Origin: a bacterium
GTDB taxonomy: Bacteria > Hydrothermota > 32-111
DNA: 23,810 nucleotides
Assembly (NCBI GenBank): GCA_046484245.1
Contig: JAWOBN010000026.1
Span: forward strand, 1-23,810
Reading direction: 5' to 3'
In this document: positions 17,794 through 23,810 of the stretch, piece after piece
How the letters are laid out: every line of letters begins with the position of its first letter
Position numbering within the stretch: position 1 is the first letter of the stretch
Translations under genes and position numbers: made by a program
Notes under the pieces: model-generated
The model's database searches: none
What the model was told of the DNA's origin: nothing
Seen by the model: only the letters and a program-made list of their open reading frames with translations

Positions 17794-18298
17794 TGTAACT
17801 CCTATTTTTATATATGGAATTTCCTTTTGAATCTATTGCCAGAATCAATGGATAATCTTCAATATCCATTGCATATACTGCTTCACTGCCCAGCTCACTG
17901 TACAGCAGTGTTTTGATATTTTTGATCCTGCTGCCGTACAGAGCCCCGCATCCGCCCAGTGCTGCCAGATAGACAGCCCTGTACTTTTTATGCACATCAG
18001 TATTCCTCCTGCCCTTGCCTATTGTGACAATGACATCATTTTCAAAGAGCATCGGGAGGTATTTGTCCATTCTTGATGATGTGGTGGGACCGCATGCGCG
18101 CATACCCTCTTCATTGGGGTTAGTAGGTCCTGCATGATAGACAACAGCGCCCCTTATATCCCCGGGGAAACCGCTGCCTGCTTCAATATTCGCCAGTGCC
18201 CTGTCGCGGATTGTGACAATACTGCCGGAGAGCATTACTGCCTCGCCTGCACTGTACTGTCTGATATCTTCAATACTGCGGGTATGCATGTTTATCAT
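17786..18298 (-). CDS. Class I Fe-S fumarate/tartrate hydro-lyase, beta (C-terminal) subunit
   Basis: LSG.I.T.RD, YHAGP, GPTTSSRMD, IGKG, GGCGAL, ELGSEA, IDSKGN. Confidence 0.9.
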   Translation of the reverse strand: MINMHTRSIEDIRQYSAGEAVMLSGSIVTIRDRALANIEAGSGFPGDIRGAVVYHAGPTNPNEEGMRACGPTTSSRMDKYLPMLFENDVIVTIGKGRRNTDVHKKYRAVYLAALGGCGALYGSRIKNIKTLLYSELGSEAVYAMDIEDYPLILAIDSKGNSIYKNRSYNE

Positions 18299-19125
18299 AA
18301 TTCAAATGCCTCCATTCTGTGCTGAAAACACCCGAAAGCAACAGATACAGCCAGTGTGGCTATATGCGAGGGGATTATTTTAACCCTTGCATCCATGACA
18401 GTGTCTCCCATGCCCATGCCCTGAATGCCTATATTGAGCTTATTGCCCCTTGTGATTATTTCACCTGCTATGTAATTTTCATCTTCGGATTCATTGTCAT
18501 TGAATTGTCCTGTGAGAGCCATCTTTGCACTCAATGCCGATTGTTCTGAGCTGCCGCCTATTCCAACACCCATTATATAGGGCGGGCAGGCGTCAGCACC
18601 TGTTGCCCTGATTTGCTCAATGACAAAATCCGCAATATCATCCTTATCTGAGGACAGGTTCATCATCTTCATTACAGATGCATTCTCCGAACCGCCCCCC
18701 TTTACCAGTACTGTGACACGCATATGAGGCAGATCTGAGGGTATGATGTGTATCTCCGCTTTATTGAAGAGCTCTGATCTCTGCCCTGATATCTGGGAAT
18801 TCACAGTAGAGTTCCTCAGTCCCTTTCTGCATGTGATTTTATGCAGCGCACTGTCTGTAAGAGCTTCAATATCACCTGACAGACAGTAATCAGCAGGCAT
18901 TTCAATGAATACTATGGGAATGCCTGTATCCTGGCAGAGGGGTATGCTGCACCCGGATGCAATGGATGCATTTTCCTCTATTGTATTGATTATCATTTCT
19001 TCAAGGGGATTTCCCGAAGTGACACTGCTGAAAAAATCAGCGACCTCCTGCCTGGTGTTGATATTGGCGGAGTGATAGGCTGCCGCAATTTTCTCAGATA
19101 ATGACTCTGAGTCAATTATTTTCAC
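18295..19125 (-). CDS. Class I Fe-S fumarate/tartrate hydro-lyase, alpha (N-terminal) subunit
   Basis: PLCQDTG, LRNS, KGGGSEN, ACPP...GVGIGG, GIQGMG, HIA and the third Cys in GCFQHR. GTG start overlaps the korD stop (GTGA). Confidence 0.92.
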   Translation of the reverse strand: MKIIDSESLSEKIAAAYHSANINTRQEVADFFSSVTSGNPLEEMIINTIEENASIASGCSIPLCQDTGIPIVFIEMPADYCLSGDIEALTDSALHKITCRKGLRNSTVNSQISGQRSELFNKAEIHIIPSDLPHMRVTVLVKGGGSENASVMKMMNLSSDKDDIADFVIEQIRATGADACPPYIMGVGIGGSSEQSALSAKMALTGQFNDNESEDENYIAGEIITRGNKLNIGIQGMGMGDTVMDARVKIIPSHIATLAVSVAFGCFQHRMEAFEL

Positions 19126-19385
19126 TTTTTACTCTTCTTTACCTTTTTTCCTTTTTCTTCAGAGTCCTCTTCAATATCCACATATTCGCATTCCTCAACC
19201 TGAATAGCGAAATCAGGACATCTCATCTCGCAGAGATGACATCCTATGCAGTCATTTGCGCGCGGAGCAAAGACCTTGCCGTCTTCACCCATTTCAAGAA
19301 CATTCTTGGGACAGTAATGAACACAGAGTTCACAGCCCTTGCAGAGGTTCTTGTGTATCTTATGTAAATATCCTTTTTTAGACAT
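19122..19385 (-). CDS. korD: 2x[4Fe-4S] ferredoxin-like delta subunit of 2-oxoacid:ferredoxin oxidoreductase
   Basis: CKGCELCVHYCP and CIGCHLCEMRCPDFAI. GGAG SD 5 nt upstream. First gene of the kor operon. Confidence 0.88.
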   Translation of the reverse strand: MSKKGYLHKIHKNLCKGCELCVHYCPKNVLEMGEDGKVFAPRANDCIGCHLCEMRCPDFAIQVEECEYVDIEEDSEEKGKKVKKSKK

Positions 19386-19418
19386 TCTTTCTCCATACTA
19401 TATTTAGATTTAACCGAT

Positions 19419-19446
19419 ATAATAATATGCTCATATGTAATGTCAA
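19419..19446 (-). promoter_or_regulatory. Candidate sigma70 promoter of the korD-fum-korABC operon
   Basis: Minus strand TTGACA(19446-19441)-N16-TATTAT(19424-19419). Confidence 0.6.
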
Positions 19447-19528
19447 CCCCTAATGCGATTTTATTTGACACACTGACTTTTGTATCTTGTCATTGTTATC
19501 TTTATTCCATATAACTGTATATCCTATA

Positions 19529-20590
19529 TCATTTGCGGGCTTTGTAGAAGAGAGTGGCTGCTGCCAGAAGAAAGAACAGATTGGGTATGAGCATGGCCGA
19601 AAGCGGATACATATACCCGTTCTCTGCTGATGACCGGAAACCCTGCAGCACTCCCCAGTAGAGGAATGATATGAATATGCTCATTGCAAGACCGAACAGT
19701 ATGCCGTCTGTCTTGATCCGTATAACAAAAGCAGAGCCTATGATAATAATTATCAGTGTGATTATTATAAAGAAGTATCTGTACAGTATCTCTGTTGCCT
19801 GTTTCCTGAAAGGATAGCCGCTCTTTTTTATGGAATGGATTATCTCCCTGAGCCTGGCAATGGTGTATATGTCTGTATTGGATCTGTCAATTACTATATC
19901 ATAGGGTTTTACTGTGAGCATCTCCATTCTTTTCATCTCAAACCCCTCAGTATTGTAATCATCCCCGTAATGCATTATACTGCCGGATTCAAAGACCCAT
20001 GTCCCTTTGTCATAATAGGCATTCTCGGCAATAACCCTCTCAATGAGCTGATTGCTGCTGTCAAACACAAATACTTCCGGCTTCTTGATTGTATTCTTTT
20101 CTGCATTGAACAGACGGCCCGAGAGCATCAGTGACCGGCTCTGTATAATATGAAAATCCCTCGTATATTCACTGATAAAATTCTTATGCTCAACTATTTC
20201 CCTGTAATTTCTGTTTGCTTTCACGACAATGGTCTCATTGAATATAAACATCAGGCCGGAGAGTATGATTATAAGCATGAAGAGGGGGGCAAGGAAGCGG
20301 TACGGTGATATGCCGCCTGCCTTTACTGCAGCAAATTCATTCCTCTTCACCATCATGCCGACTGAGAAGAACAGTGCAATGAGTGAACCTATGGGAAAGA
20401 GCAGCCTGATAAGAGAGGGGATCTGATAGATATATATCATTACAATTTCCCTGAGGGGTCTGCCTGCATCAATATAATGCGAGAGATTATCGGAAATATC
20501 CACAATAATGAAAATAAAGACAAAGAGGAGTGTCCCTGTAATAAGAAACAGAAGGAATTGTCTTATTATATACCTGTCCAGTATCTTCAA
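19529..20590 (-). CDS. lptG: LPS export ABC transporter permease LptG
   Basis: MKILDRYI start, three TM segments, NEFAAVKAGGISPYR coupling helix, periplasmic beta-rich domain (A..A.Y..GTWVFESG), three more TMs and PNLFF. TTG start overlaps the upstream stop (TTGA). Confidence 0.88.
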   Translation of the reverse strand: MKILDRYIIRQFLLFLITGTLLFVFIFIIVDISDNLSHYIDAGRPLREIVMIYIYQIPSLIRLLFPIGSLIALFFSVGMMVKRNEFAAVKAGGISPYRFLAPLFMLIIILSGLMFIFNETIVVKANRNYREIVEHKNFISEYTRDFHIIQSRSLMLSGRLFNAEKNTIKKPEVFVFDSSNQLIERVIAENAYYDKGTWVFESGSIMHYGDDYNTEGFEMKRMEMLTVKPYDIVIDRSNTDIYTIARLREIIHSIKKSGYPFRKQATEILYRYFFIIITLIIIIIGSAFVIRIKTDGILFGLAMSIFISFLYWGVLQGFRSSAENGYMYPLSAMLIPNLFFLLAAATLFYKARK

Positions 20591-21741
20591 TGTTTATCCT
20601 CCGAAAAGAGATTCAACAGTTTTTCAAGCCATACAGGCGGCATTCTGTATATGTATGAATATATAAGCAGTCCGCTGAATATCAATGTCAGTATATTGGG
20701 AAACCACATTGTAACGGACGGATGGATAATGCCCTTATCGGACAACTGCTCACCCACAACTATCATTATATAGTAAAGGACAAAGAGCACTGCTGACAGG
20801 CCGAACCCGACACCCATTCCGGATTTCCTCAGCATAACACCGAGAATACTGCCCAGTACAATAAAGCCGAATACACCGAATGAAATGGAGAATTTCTTAT
20901 GTATCTCAACAAGATATCTGTAAACCCGCCTCTTCTGGGACCGTGTCATGTCAGGATCACGGGCATAAACCCTGCCTATCTGACGGGCAAGCATCATTGT
21001 TGTCATCTCCCTGTCGCCTCTTCCTATATTGCTGCCCTGCTCCACATCCTCTGAGACCTTTATATCACTGTACATCTCACCGAAATCAATAACATTGACC
21101 CTCTCATCCTTATTTTCAACTATCCTGCCGTCTTTCATATATACAATATTCTTATTCCTCTCAGCAGGATAAATTTTACCTGCAGAAGCGGATATTGTCT
21201 GTTCCCTGTTGAATATCCTCCCTGTACGGAAATTGCCGTCATTGTCTATTTCCTGAAAGAAGAATCTTACATCACTCTCATACCCCTTTTTCACAACACC
21301 TTCCTCAATTGTCACAGAAGGTCTCATACGGGATATATTGGAGAGCAGCACCTTGACCCTGTGATTGGAGTCTGGCACAATGAAATCAGAAAAGATATAT
21401 GCTGCTGCAAAAAGAACTACTGAGAAAAGCAGGAGATTCCTGATAAAGACACCTATGTCCAGACCGCATGCCTGCATTGCAGTGAGTTCAAAATCACTGC
21501 TCAGTCTGCCGAATGTCATAATTGCGGCAACCAGTACTGCCATGGGTATTGTGAGGAATATGATAAAGGGGAGTGTGTTTATGAACAGATTAAACACAGC
21601 ACTGAAGGCAACACCCTTGCCTATGAGGAGGTTTGCCAGTTCAAATATCCGGTTTATTATCAGGACAAAGACAAGTATCAGCTGGGCAGTGAGAAAATTG
21701 GGTAAAAATTCCCTGATTATCATTCTGTCTATAATCTTCAT
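20587..21741 (-). CDS. lptF: LPS export ABC transporter permease LptF
   Basis: MKIIDRMI, TIPMAVL, FGRLSSDFELTAMQACG, VEIHKKFS, WFPN; 3+3 TM layout; paired with lptG. Confidence 0.9.
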   Translation of the reverse strand: MKIIDRMIIREFLPNFLTAQLILVFVLIINRIFELANLLIGKGVAFSAVFNLFINTLPFIIFLTIPMAVLVAAIMTFGRLSSDFELTAMQACGLDIGVFIRNLLLFSVVLFAAAYIFSDFIVPDSNHRVKVLLSNISRMRPSVTIEEGVVKKGYESDVRFFFQEIDNDGNFRTGRIFNREQTISASAGKIYPAERNKNIVYMKDGRIVENKDERVNVIDFGEMYSDIKVSEDVEQGSNIGRGDREMTTMMLARQIGRVYARDPDMTRSQKRRVYRYLVEIHKKFSISFGVFGFIVLGSILGVMLRKSGMGVGFGLSAVLFVLYYIMIVVGEQLSDKGIIHPSVTMWFPNILTLIFSGLLIYSYIYRMPPVWLEKLLNLFSEDKH

Positions 21742-21747
21742 ATCTCC

Positions 21748-21776
21748 AATATAAACTTTTTGCGTGTATTTGTAAA
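21748..21776 (-). promoter_or_regulatory. Candidate sigma70 promoter for lptFG (probably leaderless)
   Basis: Minus strand TTTACA(21776-21771)-N17-TATATT(21753-21748), then 6 nt to ATG 21741. Confidence 0.55.
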
Positions 21777-21798
21777 GCAGTTAAATTCAGCATGATTC

Positions 21799-21846
21799 TT
21801 GATTGATTCCATATTAACAGTATAATTGATAATATTCATGAGGAGG
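21799..21846 (+). promoter_or_regulatory. Candidate sigma70 promoter and SD for the T9SS-CTD protein
   Basis: TTGATT(21799-21804)-N16-TATAAT(21821-21826); AGGAGG at 21841-21846 before TTG 21851. Confidence 0.6.
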
Positions 21847-21850
21847 TTTT

Positions 21851-23764
21851 TTGAGGAAAATATTTATTCTATTGATTCTTGCTGTTATATCTGTATCATT
21901 CATCAATGCATCTCCGATAGACACGCTCTATTATAAGATACTAGGTGACTCCCTTAATCCGGCCAATTACCGCACCATGCTTAGTCTCGGAGATTCGCTC
22001 GTTATTACCGGACATTCGGATTATGATCATTTTATCATCACAAAACTGGATTCATTCCTGGATACAATTTCTATCTCAACATTTGACCATGATTCCGGTC
22101 AGAATATATTTGATATTGAACAGAATGATAATGGGTTTGTTCTCTTTGCCAACCGTTACTATTCCGGTCAGAGCAGGCCCCTTATTATGAATGTGGATAA
22201 TAATATGGATTCTCTGTGGTATTATACTGATGATTCATTGTATCTTATAGTCATGGATGGAGCAGTAACAGAATCTCAGAAGACATATTTTTCAGGTGAC
22301 GGAAATTTCCCCGGAGGATCAAAGCCCTTTGTTATGATACTGGATTCACTGGGGGACAGCATTGCCCTCAGATCATTTGATTGTATAGACAAGATATACT
22401 GTATGGCATCTTTTGGTGACCGTGTATTTGCTGCCGGATATTATAATGTGCCTTTTGCATCAATTGATATGATGCTTATGGAGCTGGACAGCATGGGAGA
22501 CACTTTATGGACCAAGCGCTATGGAGGCAGTGATTGGGATCACTGTGAGGGAATAAGCATAACCAATGATTCATGCATATATCTTATAGGCAGGACAAGC
22601 TCTTTCTCGGCAAGTGATGATATGTATATTGTCAAGACAGACCTCAATGGCACAATGCTCTGGGATTCATTCTACGGTGATTCATTGTGGGAATGCGGTT
22701 ATGATATTGCTGTAGATTCAACAGGTAATTTCACAACTGCAGGCGTTTCATCTTCCCGCAATACATATGGCGCTTATGATCAATGGATAATCCATGCAGA
22801 CAGCAATGGTGCAGTTAAGTGGGAAAAATATATAAGCAGCAATGATTCCTTCGGTATAGCATCTTATTACATTAATTTTTTCTGTGATGGTTTTGTTTTC
22901 GGAGGTTCTTATGATAATTATATGACCAATGTAAGCAGACTGCTTGAAAGACCGGGCAGCTTCCCTCTGATATCACCATGTGATTCACACATTAATTCAT
23001 CCACTCATCTGTTCAAGTGGCATAAGCCTGAGAACACTGTTTACAGATATTACCTCTATCTGGATTCAATGCTGGCTGATTCATCATCAGATACAACTGT
23101 TGTCATAGATAATATTGATGAGGGCATTCATTCCTTCTTTATTTCTGCTGAGAATATACATCATATGTCCTCATATTCATCAGACACATTCTCTTTTGAA
23201 ATTGATACAACAATTCCCAATGCACCCTTTTTATACTATCCACCGGATAATCAGTCATTCGCTGATTCCATGATTTCTTTTGTGTGGAGTAATGTGGCTA
23301 AATCACCTGTTTATTATCATCTGGAGATTGACAGTGACAGTTTTTTCAGTCCGGCAGAGATAAGCATATTTCTGGAAGATGATTCAACCGGCATGATGCT
23401 CAGCAATAATTCAAGATATTACTGGCATGTGTCTGCTTTGGATTCTGCAGGCAATGAAGGGGATTTTTCAGAGATGCGTTCTTTTGTCATTGGAGATATA
23501 TCCTCTGTTCCTCAAAGGAAGAACAATCAATATATTATTACAATGCATATCAATGATTCATATAGTATTGCCCGCGCATTCAATGAAAGGGGCGATATAT
23601 CCATTTCACTATATAATCCAACCGGTTCTCTTATAAAAACTCTTTATAACGGTAATCTTGGGAATTTGGATTTTGAAATCAATGATATTATCCCCGGCAT
23701 CTATTTCATACAATTCCGTTTAGACAATGGCACTGTAAATGATAAATTTATCATATTGGAATGA
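21851..23764 (+). CDS. Secreted beta-propeller-repeat protein with two Ig/FN3-like domains and a T9SS type-A-like C-terminal domain
   Basis: Signal peptide ending INA. Repeats LDSLGDSI, LDSMGDTLWTKRYGG, TDLNGTMLWDSFYG, ADSNGAVKWEKY. Two P.L..P.D......F.W units (YYWHVSALDSAGN). CTD ISLYNPTGSLIKTL...IPGIYFIQF...DKFIILE. Confidence 0.85.
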   Translation: MRKIFILLILAVISVSFINASPIDTLYYKILGDSLNPANYRTMLSLGDSLVITGHSDYDHFIITKLDSFLDTISISTFDHDSGQNIFDIEQNDNGFVLFANRYYSGQSRPLIMNVDNNMDSLWYYTDDSLYLIVMDGAVTESQKTYFSGDGNFPGGSKPFVMILDSLGDSIALRSFDCIDKIYCMASFGDRVFAAGYYNVPFASIDMMLMELDSMGDTLWTKRYGGSDWDHCEGISITNDSCIYLIGRTSSFSASDDMYIVKTDLNGTMLWDSFYGDSLWECGYDIAVDSTGNFTTAGVSSSRNTYGAYDQWIIHADSNGAVKWEKYISSNDSFGIASYYINFFCDGFVFGGSYDNYMTNVSRLLERPGSFPLISPCDSHINSSTHLFKWHKPENTVYRYYLYLDSMLADSSSDTTVVIDNIDEGIHSFFISAENIHHMSSYSSDTFSFEIDTTIPNAPFLYYPPDNQSFADSMISFVWSNVAKSPVYYHLEIDSDSFFSPAEISIFLEDDSTGMMLSNNSRYYWHVSALDSAGNEGDFSEMRSFVIGDISSVPQRKNNQYIITMHINDSYSIARAFNERGDISISLYNPTGSLIKTLYNGNLGNLDFEINDIIPGIYFIQFRLDNGTVNDKFIILE

Positions 23765-23767
23765 ACA

Positions 23768-23810
23768 ATGAAAAGATTTTTTATCATGCTCATTATCATT
23801 TGTTCAATTG
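23768..23810 (+). CDS. Start of next exported protein (3'-truncated)
   Basis: ATG 3 nt after the previous stop, reading MKRFFIMLIIICSI..., a typical signal-peptide start. Open to the window end. Confidence 0.6.
   Translation, partial: MKRFFIMLIIICSI

Noticed and set aside
19244..19471. 75-aa ORF overlapping korD and its promoter
   Set aside because: Out of frame with the clear ferredoxin gene, no SD and no motifs.
21838..21936. Out-of-frame ATG at 21838 overlapping the AGGAGG, and the T6 run before the TTG start as a phase-variation tract
   Set aside because: Short ORF with no own SD; six T is too short to argue for slippage, and the TTG start yields a proper signal peptide.
444..23636. 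Numerous short antisense or alternate-frame ORFs in the track (e.g. 444-767, 4184-4558, 4236-4613, 13053-13559, 21365-21754)
   Set aside because: They lie largely or wholly within well-supported genes, show no recognisable motifs, and are typical shadow ORFs.
23761..23810. ATG 23761 (ATGA overlap) as start of the next gene
   Set aside because: It reads MNNEKIFYHAHYHLFN with no recognisable features; ATG 23768 gives a typical signal peptide. It cannot be fully excluded because the window ends.
1..23810. tRNA, rRNA, IS elements, prophage, defence systems, pseudogenes, recoded stop codons
   Set aside because: Intergenic gaps are all under ~175 bp and mostly accounted for by promoter or terminator motifs. 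No integrase, transposase or nuclease motifs were seen, and the recognised genes have uninterrupted frames under the standard code.

Overview
A gene-dense, mostly housekeeping and envelope region of a diderm, probably anaerobic bacterium. In order: a 5'-truncated OmpA-family protein (+); a minus-strand run mfd - PPIase lipoprotein - PPIase lipoprotein - surA - pdxA; a divergent pair of small lipoprotein plus secreted M28 peptidase with a T9SS-type C-terminal domain; a minus-strand two-gene unit encoding an acidic outer-membrane beta-barrel and an Ig-repeat lipoprotein; a coupled korD-fumA-fumB-korA-korB-korC operon; lptF-lptG; a second T9SS-CTD protein; and the first codons of another exported protein. 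No RNA genes, CRISPR arrays or mobile elements were seen. T9SS-like cargo occurs together with canonical sigma70 promoters and AGGAGG ribosome-binding sites, which suggests an FCB-related lineage outside Bacteroidota (inference only). The most interesting signals are: (1) a roughly 7-fold excess, by hand count, of the D-(S/T)-(A/I/L/M/V/T) O-glycosylation sequon in exported versus cytoplasmic proteins; (2) the uncharacterised barrel plus Ig-lipoprotein operon with a consensus promoter inside a degenerate ~50-bp duplication and an orphan Shine-Dalgarno; (3) split fumarase genes inside the kor operon; (4) two candidate leaderless genes. All family calls come from motif recognition by eye, not from database searches.
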